Below, in pieces: positions 45,790 through 58,900 of a DNA stretch of 64,000 nucleotides. The notes under the pieces were generated by a model, which worked only from the letters and a program-made list of their open reading frames with translations, did not search any database and was not told the DNA's origin. The first letter of the stretch is position 1; each line of letters begins with the position of its first letter. A program made the position numbers and the translations under genes. The DNA comes from Phallusia mammillata (taxonomy: Eukaryota), in NCBI GenBank assembly GCA_965637545.1, contig OZ281498.1, positions 8,556,001 through 8,620,000 on the forward strand, read 5' to 3'.

Positions 45790-46202
45790 ACTTTATCCCT
45801 TCACCCAACTTCGGTTTCAGCGCAATTTTCGATTCGGCAAAGTGTCTGATATATCGAAATCATGTTCTGTACTACTTAGGGCAACTACAATAAAAAAGCC
45901 GGTATGCCATTCGCCTGTTTTGACAATGAAAATCATGAAAAACGTTTTACCTTTTTTTCACTTTATTACCTCTCAGCTATCAAACTCAAACCAACCAAAT
46001 CTTTATACAACTAAAAAATACATAAAACCAAGCAAAGATGCAGACAAGATCAGTGAAGCAGGCCATTTCGCTTTCACTGCAAGTCATCTTATTATCAGTA
46101 CTGCGATTGTTTTCGTAGGACTACACTAAACACTCAAGAGGCGTGAAATTAAACCCTTCTTCATGCTATTTGCCTTTTTCAACAATAAACAACACAACAT
46201 AA

Positions 46203-46390
46203 TGTAAAAGCATACAGCCAATAAATGATAAGCTGCAGACAGTGGCGTTGTGGCATCTCACAGATTAGGTGAGGCATGGGTTTTTACCCTGTTACCCCAA
46301 GTCCCAACAAACTGGAGTGCCGTTGAATGGCTACACAAGCCAATACGGCCGATCTCTCGTCACTAGCTGCACTGATGAGACCTTATAGGT
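46203..46390 (+). mobile_element. H1 hammerhead element copy F, truncated after stem II
   Basis: Inverted arm TGTAAAAGCATACAGCCAATAAATGATAAGCTGCAGACAGTG, the longest view of the core, then AGCTGCA-CTGATGA-GACCTTATAGGT; GAAAC is missing. Confidence 0.85.
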
Positions 46391-47164
46391 AAGACCTGAG
46401 AAACACCTGAGAAAATTAAATCAAAATCGACTGAGCGTTCCAATTACAACACTGTTTCGACTGGTCAAATGTTTCATTTTATTGATGTTTCAGTTTCGTC
46501 GAATACTTGGTATTAAACCGTACTTTTTGATTGCATCGTGGGATCGATATGTCAATACTTTTTAATATTGTTAATTGAAACTGGCTTGTATTTGCATTAT
46601 ATTGGTATTACTTTCTCTCTAAAAAAACTGCTTTTATTTCTGCAAACTTACTTACTTACTCTGCTTTGAAAGCTGGTCAGTATTTTTGCAAACCAAAAAT
46701 AGACTAACTCTGCCTAAAACTGCCTCAAATAGAAATTTAAGTTTGGAAAAGATTTACCACTGAAAGATCAGTGAGGGTCAAAACCAAGGATTCTCATACG
46801 ATGACAAGACAAATGCCAATACGGTGCCGGAACGGCTGTCAGTCATTTGCGGCCAAACTGATCACAGACACCGATGTTGGGCCAAGTAAACTGGGCCGCG
46901 TGCTGGTCCCTGTTCCACAATAGTGTCTAAAACAACAAAATGTCGCCAATTGCCTTGAATAACAGCGCTACAATAGTTCGGGTCTCTACAGTACGGCTTA
47001 ATGTTCAATGGTTGCTTGTTATGGCCGGATATACAAGACTGGTTCCTTTGTGTTGGCCGATAAATGTGGTGAGCAGTCAAACCAAGACACTGGGCTGATG
47101 AAAATCACCAACAACTTGAACTTATATGTCATAACGTAAGACCACTCTTGCAAAATCGACTTTC

Positions 47165-47420
47165 GGCTTACCACAAGTTCAAGTTTTCTTTTTTCCTCGA
47201 GTTCATGAAAGTTATCACCAGTTCATAGGCGTACCACAAGTTTGGGTTGATGTTAAAGTTTTCTTTAAATCACGAGTTCATATTTTATCAAATCATGGCT
47301 TACCACAAGAGTTCGAGTTTTCTTTTTTCCCCGAGTTCAACACAATTTTTACGAGTTCATGCCTTGCCACAAGTTTGGGTTCATGTTAAAGTTTTCTTAA
47401 TTTCACGAGTTCATTTCAGA
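47165..47420. repeat. Tandem repeat, about 130-bp dimer of about 65-bp subunits
   Basis: Repeated TACCACAAG..TT.....GTTTTCTT.....CGAGTTCA blocks. Confidence 0.8.
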
Positions 47421-49202
47421 TGTTACCAGCAGATCATGTTATATAATGCCAAAAAATATTTCAGCACAATGGCTGAGTTGGAAGTGTCCATATGGGATCA
47501 AAGTCTCCAGTTACCCCGTTTTTTGTCGTTTTTGATTAAATGAAAAACATTTGATTATCAATGAATGATTGTCAGAAAGTTTCCTCCAATAAGTTTAATT
47601 CGCTGCAGCAAAAGAAAAATGTCTAAAATATCTCACTTTAAAAAAAACACGTCGTTTTGGTCAGTAGGACTACTTGCGGATAGTGATTTTATCGAATAAC
47701 CAAATAAAGGACAATAGTTCCAACTCAAAAATAGCAAAAAAAACAGGTTTTGCTTACAATGCCTTATATCGCGTAATAATGTAGCGCTCATTTTATTCAG
47801 AAGAAATATACACTGCTCCCCACCCATGGTTCACAACACGACTGCAAGTCCAAGTTCAGTTTTTCAATCCCCTGGAAAGTTTAATGTCTTTCGCTTTCAC
47901 GAAATTCGATTTCTGGGAAAAAGCTACAACGTCATTGCCCCACGTTTTAGGTCGCTGACATTCCTGGCGCGTAAATAAATAAAAGAGTTTTGTCTCGAAG
48001 TTAGAAAGCGCCAATCACCCCAGTGTACATACTAACGATTAAATGCGTCAAAAAGGCTCGGCTTGGACTGCTGTACGTGACCCAAGCTTTGTGAATTTCA
48101 ACTAACCCCTTGGTAAAAGATTTAGGTTTGTTTAGCGGTTTTTCACGCAAGAATACAGGACATTTAATTTCAGCGCGTTTGGTTGCATTTGTCATTACTG
48201 CCGGATCTGACAAGCGCGTTTGTTTGTGTATGATAACTTTCGCCGCCTAAATAAGCGAACAACGCAAAACCGTTTTTTTTTTCAAACCGACGCTCTTTCA
48301 TTATTTAAACTTTCGTCCGTCAGCGGGTAAGCAAAAAAGTCCAAGAACAAAAAAGGGTGTAAAACACAAAATTGTAACATGGGTATATCAATATTCGAAA
48401 CTCCAACCTAGAAAATCCACAGATGGTTTAATTCTATTCTATTAAACTCGATTTTTTAGTCGAGACTGTAGGTCCTATAGGTCCATTTGAATTGATCCTT
48501 TGGGATCCTTAGGTTAATTGATTCAAGAAAACAACCAACCCTCTTATCAATGTTAGTTTGTCAACATCAACATCAACCACGTCGATCCCACACCGGCGAA
48601 CACACAATGCCTCGCCATCTGTCATAAATCTTCAACGAGACAATAATTTACACAACCGACACCTGTCACAAGACACAATCGCCCCTATCGTCCCTCGCTC
48701 CCTTAATGTCAACCCTTGCTCAAGTGCCCAAGCGCCTAAAAGCACCAAAACCTCGCGTGTGACGAGCGAGCGATTTTTCCGATTTCACCAGGACGTGTTT
48801 GCCGAGGCTGGGCCGGGACGCGCCAACCACAAACAGGGGGAGTGAAATAATGCAGCCTGATCCTTCGCGTTGGTGCCTTTTCATCGCTTTACGGCGCAGA
48901 CGCTGTTTGATGACAGCTAGCAAAAGTGTTGCCACCAGCTGAGATTTCAGTCATGGCGATTGGTTTTTGACTCGGTTTTTATGAACGTCGCTTTTGGTAG
49001 CGTGAAGAACATGATAAAACACATACGATTTGCTATCTGCTGATAAGTTCGCACCCTTAAAAAAATCGATTTCTTTAATCACGGTTTTTCATCGAAACAT
49101 TGTGTCATAAGTTTAACTACTAATATCACTGCCGTATAAAGCGATATGTTTAAGTATGCAAACGTTTTGGAAAATGTCGATGCCATCATCAGTGATATAA
49201 TA

Positions 49203-52200
49203 TTAGTCGTTAAGCTGACGAAGAGATCCGTGCATAGTGTTCCATTCCAAAGTACGCTGTATCCAAACGAATTTGTACCCGTATTTGTTTTGCTGCAGGT
49301 GTCCTAGGTAAGGTTACAGTACAAGTACTAAATCAGCAGGCACTATCCTTTTCTAACCACAAGTGCAGGCTTACAAGACTACCCTAAAAAAGTCAGAGTT
49401 TTACACTCAAAAAATGTTTTGAATTACTTATTGTTAAACATATGTGACGTCATAATGACCAGAACAAACACTGCCTGGTACGCGAACTAACATGTAATTG
49501 TAAGCATCATGGTGGTCAACATATAACACGTGTAGTTCACTCATCACTGGTTTTGCCAATTCCTATCCGTATAGTGCAATAACAAAGCACTTTCATAGCC
49601 AAGCAAACGACAAAACCTTTGGACTCCATAAAACCCTTGTTTGCTGTCAAATTTACGACCACCTTTTTCTCATTGCGTTTCACTGTCCTTACACTTTCAA
49701 TGATCGCGTTTGTGCCGTGATCTTGTAAACTAAACATGCAGAAGTCGAAATGTGACAAAAAGCACTTAATAGATGCAATATTAAATCACCACTGGTCCAA
49801 CAATCAACATACACCAATGCCTCCAATTTGCTGTCAAAAGTTTCCTATTTTACGACAATAAAATTGGTTTACAAAAGCGTACAACTGCTTTTAAACTATG
49901 CAATACAAAAAGAAGTTAATATAGACTCCAAAATACACATTAGGAAAAAAGGTATTGTGTGTACAAACTTCAAACTACGTTTTGCTACCTTAAAGAGGTA
50001 ATATCCAATAGCTGAGTACAACGTTGTTTCATTTCATACACTTGTTCAGACACTTCTGCCGTTAACATAAGTAAACACCTGAACTTAGCACTTTCCTTGA
50101 TTTCTTCTCCAAGGTAAACTCTCTGCCCACTGCATGATCGTGTACAAACTTGGCTTTCCAGTCAAATAACTTTCATGAAATCATAACCGCGGCTCAGATG
50201 AAACGTCTGGGCTCTCAGCGGGTGGCAGTCACTCCTTAGCTCTCTGTTTACGCTACTTATCTTACCCTCGCGTAGAACACGGGCTATAACCAACAGTTTA
50301 ACTAACCGCTGGCGAAGAACAGACGCCGGACACTGAAAAAAGTGCCTTCACGAGCCAACGCAAGTCTAACTTCTGCGGCGTTCGTTGGGCAACAGGCCCG
50401 TCTCGCAAAACACAAAGCCACCAATTGACAAGTTGACTTGACTTCGCTTCGCGGGGGTTCGGACGCTTGCCCGCAGAAAACTCGGGTGGCCATAACAGTA
50501 CAGCAATCGTGGTTTTATGCCACAAACGCTATTTTCCTTTGCGTTGGGAACTGAGACTTTTGTTTCGTGAAAATCCGTCCCGTCTGAGGAATGCCTTTCC
50601 AGAAGCAGATCGACGTGTTTTGTTTGCTTTTTGACTCACAACCATTAGAGAAGTTCAGCGTTTATTGCTCCACTTTTCAAATGCGTGTGCTTTACTGATA
50701 AGTACACATGGAAAGTAATGGCAAGCCGACAAAGGACTGGCAAGCAGTTCGATTTGGAGTCTTGAATTTGACTATAAAAGGCCTGTTATTTCAGAAGTTC
50801 TGAAAATTAACCCACAAGCTTCTATTACACTCCAGTTTTACATAACATTTTTTTTGTTTAGCCTAAAATCATTCAAGTGTACCCCCTACAGGAGTCAATT
50901 TAACCTCGGTTTACAAACTCTAGCTCATATAATATGCGTATTCAGCTTATCCGAGTAAAAAACGAAGTTTTAAAAATCGCTTTCACGTTTGCAAGCCGGG
51001 TATGTACAAAAATGAAATAGATTTAACACAATTTTAGGACAAAAAAAGCATGTCCACACGTTTTGACATGAAACTTACAATCTGCTGTTGATATTCGAGG
51101 TAGTAGTGAACCCATAATTTCTTCTCATATTCATCTTTTAGTCGTGAAGCCACCTCTTCCCAGTCGAACTCTTTGGCGACATCATCCGTTTTTTCAGCCG
51201 GAACGTTTGCCTCCTGAAGTTCACAAGTTATTATTAGTGTAAGGATATGAATCACGTGATTGGGTTTTCAAAATTCATATTAGTGAAAATAGTCTGAAAA
51301 GAACTTAAAGAAGAACTTATTGAACCAGGAATAAAATCTCACTATTATCAATTTAGTTATCACCAATGATTTTCAGTCTTTACAAATGAAAATTGTTGTT
51401 AATATTTAACGATTTAGAAAGCTAAAGTCACAATGATAATAGCATTAGATATTTCGTAAAACATCTAACTTTTGTCCATAACTCGGTTAGTTATTACGTT
51501 AACGTGTTTCAAGTTTCTGTTTAGTTCGGTGAACCAGTTAAACGAGCCACATAAATTCCTGATTAAACCTGTTTACTTTTGATTTTCCGACGACATAATA
51601 GTATTAAACTTCTGTTTAATGCTTCTGCATATGCGTTTTCGAAGATAAACTGTGGTTGTGTCAAGTTTTATACACAAACTTTATCTTGTGATACTTTTTT
51701 TGAATTGGGCTATGCCAGGAGTCGCCAACACTTCCAACTAAGCCATTTATTTGTAGAAACACAAAAATCCTGTACAGCCAGAGCAGCAATGCAAAGCAAA
51801 AACACAAAATCGGTCTCTCTCTATTTTGTTCCAACACAAATTTATTTGTACTAAGCATTATATCCAACTAATTGGCCATTGTGAGGTCAAGTACAATCGC
51901 ACTTAAAAAACGTATCATGTTTACGCACAAAATAGCCTTTGATTGACAAACTCAATTCATACAATTCAAATTAAAAAATAACCATTTTCGAGTGGCCTTT
52001 TAATAAGTTGTGTTGGTCTGTTAAATTGCTTCGTGTAAAACTGATACGATTTAAATTGACGTTTTTGTGGTATATCAGTTACAATGTAATCTATGTCCTT
52101 ACAGGCTTATTATATTTGTTACAGCCACATTAAATATCACTCGTATCGATTTTTAATATACCTCGCCCCTCAAGAAAACCTGCCAAAAGTGGGAATAGTG

Positions 52201-52566
52201 TAAAATGGTTTGAAAGGTCATTTTTATCGATCAATCGTGTAATGTTTTGCGTTTCATTTAAATGATACAATTATTGTCAAGCCAATTTACCGATAAAGGG
52301 CTGTCTTAAGAAACAACCGTTTTGATGACAGTTTCAATTTCAGCCAAAGGTTTCTAAACCTTTTTCTCTCTATACCTCATTGAAGATAAAAATCTGCCCT
52401 AACTTTCTTTAATGCACTATAATTTTATATTCTAAACAAATTTGTCCTATTTGTATTCAATTAACCCCAATTAAAAGCATGTAAAATATTTCCCTAAGAG
52501 TTAAGTTTACCGCTATAGTTAAGAGTTATATGCAACCAGTTAAGCTCGACAATTTACACTTACCAT
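49203..52566 (-). CDS. Tentative uncharacterised 192-aa protein (6 exons)
   Basis: ATG|GTAAGT at 52564-52566, then exons 51079-51213, 50266-50332, 49989-50148, 49617-49729, 49203-49303 give one open frame (MEANVPAEKTDDVAKEFDWEEVASRLKDEYEKKLWVHYYLEYQQQI...YKFVWIQRTLEWNTMHGSLRQLND*). Two splice sites are weak and no family is recognised. Confidence 0.4.
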
Positions 52567-53734
52567 CTTGTTAATTGCTTAGTCCGGAAGTGCTTTCATT
52601 TTTGTATTTTCCACACATAAGTTGACCACACCCAAAGTTAAAAATTACTTGATCAATCCTTTCAAATTCCCAATCTGCGTGTTAAATCAACTGGCATTAA
52701 AAGGCAGTCACCCTTATCAACTTAATGACAACTGCTGTTGTTTTTCATGGCCTAAACATTACATAGCCGATTGAAAACTGTTCGCAAGCCCCGAAAGAGA
52801 TTGCTATGAGACGTTATTCAATCTGTGCTATCAGCTTTCACATTGTACGCGGTTTTTAATTGTCGGCATAGGGGCAGGCGTATAGGATCGATAGGCGTAT
52901 AGATAGTTTTTTTTTTCCTTTCATTTTCATTTTATTATAATTTCAAGATTTTTAGCCGAAACGCACCGATGACATTTTTCATAGCACGGGGGACGTTTTT
53001 CGCGTGTTTGGGCCGTTAAGCTGAAACCTGAAAGCAATAGTAACATGTTTTGGTAACCACAGCGCTAACACTGTTAAACGCGAATGGGCGGGAATCTTAC
53101 AGTTGCCACTAAACAAGGAGGCGTCGATGATGTGTTGAATAGATCCAGTTCTGTACAATTACCATTATAACACATTTTTCAGGGGTTTAAAAAACGAAAA
53201 CCAAACGCCTTGGAAGCTAAAATCAAACGCAATGGTAATTAGGCGACGAATTAAAAAAAACGCATTTTTTCCAAGAACAGATTTTTTGCATTGATTGTGT
53301 TGCCTTCTGTACATTTTGCGCTATACTTTGTTGCTTTCCAATTACTATTTAACGAATACTTCTGTCAATTAGTTTTTTCCTCATGTCTTACAAATAACCT
53401 ACATATTTATTATCACCTGATTGTATGATGTTTATGATAATGAGGTCATGGGTCATTTGCATGTTTTGTCACGCACCATTAGTCACAGAAAGTTTTGGTG
53501 TTTTGGGTTGTTGTTTGTTTTCAAACAAGTGTTATAACTTGTTACTTCTAGCAGAAACAGGCTTTGGCGTTTAAGTGACTACTTTTTATTGCAAACTTTT
53601 TTAATTAGTGGTGACTGTTCTGCACTATAACTTTCGTTTCATTTGAGTCGATTGGTTTCTGCCAAATTATTTTCCTGACTTCTGGAAGGGTGAATCACAC
53701 TTAATTGTTTTATCAGTGATACCAAAAACTAAAC

Positions 53735-55252
53735 ATGACCAACAAACAAGGCGTGCTTTGCCACATGGATGGCATGGATGCTTGTAAAGAGAAAGACTGG
53801 CTAAGAGCTTTGTCATTGTTTCAAGAAGTCCAGCCTGCCTCTGCAGCAGTAACTTTCAACATAGGAATGTGCCATATGCAGTTGGAACAGCATGAAGATG
53901 GGGCTACTGCATTTGGAGAATGTGTTTCTAAAGATAAATACATGGCTATTGCACATTTTCAACATGGTGTAGCTTTGACTTACACCAAAGAGTATGAGAA
54001 CTCCATTGAAAAGTTTAAAAACTGTTTGGAGGCGCTGCGTGGGAATTCCTGCATTGATTATAAACAGTTGGGCATGAAGCATAAGCTGTTTGCATGTGAA
54101 GTGCAAATGAATCTAAGTGTGTTATACTTGTTTACTGGGGACTACACAACTGCTACAGAGTGTCTTGAAAAAGGTGTGGTCTTGCCAAGAGATGAAAACA
54201 AGCACTTTTATATCAACAGTGCATTGGATGCTTTGACCAACCAAGACTGGGGGTTCTTTGGCGATGGCCCATTGGAACGACTTGTTGTCTTGCCGAACAC
54301 TTGTTTTTTTGCCCCGAGCAAGGCAAAGATGGAAGGTCTGAAACAGAAATCAAAGTTCAGGGACACTGCAAAGGTTGTCTCAGCTACTGATGATACATAC
54401 TCGTTTGTAGGCTTCGTTGGACCAAAGAAACTCCAGAAAGAGAGACAAATGGTTGAAAGTGGTGTCAGTCAGACTCCGATGCCAAACGTAGATGCCCCAC
54501 CTCTACCCAACATAGCTCCACCCCGAAAACTCTCCGCTGTGAGATCACCTTCCCCCGTGTCAAGCTCACCGTTTCCGCCAATGCCGTTAACAGCTCCCCC
54601 TCCTTTAAGGAAACCCTCATCTGATCGCAATGGAAAGCCACCTATTAATCGTGAATATAAACCAAATGGTAACAATTTGGTAAACGAACTCTCCCAGCAG
54701 ATGTCCGACTCGAGAGTAAAGCAAAAACCAATGTCAAGACCACCTCCTCCAAGCAAACAGAGCATTTCTAGCACCATTCACTGTAACTTGACGTTAAATC
54801 TGAATATTCCAAAGAAAAAAGTGAACACATATAATGATCTGTTAGAGGTGTTGTCACAAAAACTGAGTGAAATTCAAGACCAACTTGATGTCAAATCTAG
54901 ACAAATTGCATTGTCAACCAATGAACCACAAATTGGATCATCTATTCGAATTGATGATGAATCTTGGCGTGATATATTCCTAAGAGCAGCTCGTGACAAA
55001 CAGATGCAAATGACTTTGGATATTGATAAAAAAACAACTGTTGGTTCCCCTCCAGCAGTTAACATGGACAGAAACAGCAGTCCCCCAAAACCTTCGATGA
55101 AACCCCCTCCTCTGCCACCGCAAGCTGCTGAAGAGTTGTATGTTGATGCGAGATCTGTGCAGCAAAATGACACTATTTATGTTGATGCCAGGTATCGACA
55201 ACAAGAGCAGGAAAGTTTATACACAACATCAGTTCAACCCAGATTCAGATAA
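53735..55252 (+). CDS. NCF2: p67phox/NOXA1-like NADPH-oxidase activator (TPRs, activation domain, Pro-rich region, PB1-like domain), no SH3, 505 aa, intronless CDS
   Basis: N-terminal TPRs (KDWLRALSLF...FNIGMCHMQL...KDKYMAIAHFQHG...LRGNSCIDYKQLGMKHKLFACEV) and FFAPSKAKMEGLKQK...AKVVSATDDTYSFVGF match p67phox-family motifs. Acceptor TTTTATCAG lies 18 nt upstream of the ATG. Confidence 0.9.
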   Translation: MTNKQGVLCHMDGMDACKEKDWLRALSLFQEVQPASAAVTFNIGMCHMQLEQHEDGATAFGECVSKDKYMAIAHFQHGVALTYTKEYENSIEKFKNCLEALRGNSCIDYKQLGMKHKLFACEVQMNLSVLYLFTGDYTTATECLEKGVVLPRDENKHFYINSALDALTNQDWGFFGDGPLERLVVLPNTCFFAPSKAKMEGLKQKSKFRDTAKVVSATDDTYSFVGFVGPKKLQKERQMVESGVSQTPMPNVDAPPLPNIAPPRKLSAVRSPSPVSSSPFPPMPLTAPPPLRKPSSDRNGKPPINREYKPNGNNLVNELSQQMSDSRVKQKPMSRPPPPSKQSISSTIHCNLTLNLNIPKKKVNTYNDLLEVLSQKLSEIQDQLDVKSRQIALSTNEPQIGSSIRIDDESWRDIFLRAARDKQMQMTLDIDKKTTVGSPPAVNMDRNSSPPKPSMKPPPLPPQAAEELYVDARSVQQNDTIYVDARYRQQEQESLYTTSVQPRFR

Positions 55253-55969
55253 GCTCTTATAAACTGTGAAACTGCTTTGCATACAATTTTGCTTTCAAAT
55301 TTATTAATATTTCTATGTTTAAATGAAATAAACATCAATCTGATGGCTGTTTTTTGTTGAATTTCTTGTGAAAACATTTTAATATATTTGATCAACAGAA
55401 AGCACTTACACAATATTTGTAAATTTGTCTAAAAATGTTTGATAAATATACATTGTCTGAAAGTACTTGCAGTTTTTTATTGTATCAAATGCTATTGAAG
55501 TGTTCCATTCTATGTGTTGTATATTATACATAGTATGTATAGGGAGTTGTTATAATGTGCGTTTTTTTCACAAGTGCAATTTTTTATTATTGATCACAAG
55601 TATTTGTGTCAAAAACCAAGTGTTTTTTCTGTACTGTCAACAAAAAGATTATTAGGTTACATAAAAAAGCATTACCACATGACATTCAACATCAAGAAAA
55701 TGCAGATTAACCAATTTTTTTGAAACATTTCTTTTAAGGCCTACTTTGAAATAAAAATATTTGGTGCAAATGCATATTTAATGCTTCTTTATACTGTATT
55801 ATTTCATTGTGTAATAGTATTGTACAGCTATACACATACAAGTACTTCCGTATACATTATCATGTGCACTTATTTATACACTTTTTTTTACTCCAGCCTG
55901 TAGGTCTAGGGTTTAGTAGTAGTTTTTTCCATCAGGCTTGAATTAAGTTTCTGAATCCTATTTCGGAGT

Positions 55970-58900
55970 ATGTCGGAAAAAGAAGCCTCCGCCAAGGCTG
56001 AAGATAGTGAACATGAAAGTGAGGAAGATGAAAGTGAAATCCTAGAGGAAAGTCCATGTGGAAGATGGCTGAAGCGAAATGAGGAGGTAAAAAATAGAAA
56101 TCATACATTCTACCCATAGTTTAGTTTGTTCTTTGAACTTGGTTAAGCTTGTCATGAACTATATGTGCATAGTTTTTGTTACACATTTTGTTGTTAAAAA
56201 TTTTGATTTTTTTGCGAAATATCATGGGTGAGACAAGTTTTTACAAGAGTTTTTGAAGCCTTTCACAGTTTGAGACCGGAGTGGTAATAATTTAATTATA
56301 ATTGCTTGAAAATAATTTGTTGAAAAATGTGTAATATGAGTCGCATTAACAGAGGTTGAAAATAGTAAAAACTTTGTTTCTTTACATGAAAGCCAAACTA
56401 AGTTACTGCTATGCTTTATTATAAAATGAGGTGCAGATCATTTTACGTACTGTGTAAACAAATTCTGCAGGTAATTGATAAAACAGGTGCTTGATTTATT
56501 ACCGTCATTGTTTTGAATAAGATATTATATACTGGTTTGAACACAGGAAGCTGACTACATGCTTCTATTAGATATTACATGCCCACCTATACACTTTTGA
56601 AACTTAGATAGCTTGTCTATTCGAATTCCTTTGTGTTTTGCAAGGTTTGAAATTTTAATGCTTACCTATTTTATTATGTATCCTTGCAAATCCTATATAT
56701 GTCTTATTGTTTTCAAAATAGTAAAATAAACAAACAAGATGAAAGTCATGTTTAGCATGGTAACTAGCCAACTACAATATCAAAAATACCTGCAAAACAA
56801 ACAGGTTAAACTGACTTTCAACTCCCAAGAGCCGCCAAGATGGTGCAGTGGTTAGTGCAACCACTTTGTGTTCTTAAAGTTGTTTGTTTTAAAGCTATCT
56901 GGTCACTTGTGTTTCTCTAAGCAAGAAACCTAATGCTGCTTTTAGCATTGCTCAAGCCCAGTGGCTCTCAATCGGTTGAACTAAAAAGAAGTCAATAAAA
57001 GTTGAAAAAATCAAATGAAAAATGATTCAACCGACTTGCAACAAAATAGACAGCTTGACAGCAAATACATTGTGAGCATAATGCATTCAGTCATTGCCCT
57101 CCCACAGAGGATAAAAAACAAGAGATTTGCCCTCAAAAGTAATCAAAACTGATGTATGGAATGTTTAACATTGTAGTGTTGAATGAGGATAAAAATAAAC
57201 AAACTTTTGAACTTTTTGAAAACTCAACATGTGTTTTTATTGTGGTTTTTGTTCACAAACAATTTTGTTGTACTTAGGTTTCACAGCGAAATGTTCCTGG
57301 TATTGATTGTGCTTTTCTTGCAATGGACTCTGAGGAAGGAGTTGAAGTTGTGTGGAATGAAGTTTTATTCTCAGAGAGGAAAAGCTACAATGCACAAGAG
57401 GTAATTTTAGTGTCCCTCAACCGTAAGTCAAGCAACCCAAATGAGTCTATAAAAGGTTTTCATTAGTGATGCACCGAACCCGCCTAAAAAGGTTCGGGCC
57501 GAAACCGAAATTTCGGCCGAATCAGGCTGAACCGAAAATCCCCGTTTCTATAGATGTTTTCAACTGAAATGTGTCGTTGATGCGAGTGAAGTGAAATATG
57601 ACAAATCAAAATCACTTCAACAATGCTGAAGCTTTACTAAACTTGTAATATTTTGCAGACAACGTGTAGATTTTATAGATACAGCAATTAGTTGCTTCAT
57701 GACGTTTCGTATTGGTGAAAATGATAGTTTGCGCATTAATTCCATGCAATAAAAAAATTTTCAAAAAAGTTCGGGCCGAAACCGAAACATCGGAAAACAG
57801 CGTATTCGGGCGAAATGTTTCGGCCAACCGAAACTTCGGTGCATCACTAGTTTTCATTAATAGTCCAGGACCTAAACTGGGAAATACTAGTTTAAATTTT
57901 AAACTGCGAATGCCGCAAAGAAAAATTTAAATGAAGGACCATAGTATTTCAGGCAAAATGATTTTTTTTGTGTTTCTTTTTATCATACCATACAGGGTTT
58001 TACAAATCCAATTTATTTTGTTTTTATTTTGTAGTCTAAATATGAAACATTTTTGTGGTTTAGGAAAAAATTCGAGCAGTGTTTGACAATCTGACCCGAA
58101 TCGATCATGCAAACATCGTGAAATTTCATCGCTACTGGATTGATTGGTCCAAGAACGATCCACAAAAAACAAGGGTGTGTATATCTTTAATGCAAATTTT
58201 TACCATGCAATCAGTATAAACACATATGTAAACATTATTCTTATAAGGTGTTATTAATCATGTTTAGACTGTGAAAAATAAATTTATTGATGACAAAAAT
58301 GTTAATTCAAGTTGAAAAGTGGTTTTTAGTGCCATGCATGTATTATATGCTTGTGTCAGGCAATGGTTTGTAGACATGTTTTTGTTAAATATTGTAATAT
58401 ATGTTTGGTGCATGTAAATGTATTACAACTCTTTAACCATCATGAAGCTGATTTAATGTTGGACAATAAATTCCACCTTTAGTTAATTGTGGTCAATGAC
58501 AATGCTTCTTGTCAAGCATGCATAGGGTTTCTGAATCACATCACCACTGTCTGTCTTATATACTGCACATGTCAGCTTCATAATAGGTGATCACAAGGTT
58601 GACCAGTAATCAGCTCAGATGGACACAAATTCATAACTAGGATCAGCCCTGAAGCGTTCATGTAGACCAGCAATCACAGCACTCTTATATAACTTACCTA
58701 TATTACTACTAAGTAACAGCAACAGTATGTTATAGATTAAATTTTTGATTTACAGGTCATCTTTATCACGGAATACATGAGTTCAGGCTCAGTGAAAAAA
58801 TTTCTCAATAAAACAAAAGACGTTCACAAGTATAAGAGCTCAAAGTCATGGAAACGCTGGTATGATGCAACTTTCTTATACCCCTGCTTACCCAACTTTT

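Noticed and set aside
46862-47080. VEQGPARGPVYL as a reverse-transcriptase QG..LGP motif
   Set aside because: No downstream (Y/F)ADD in any nearby frame.
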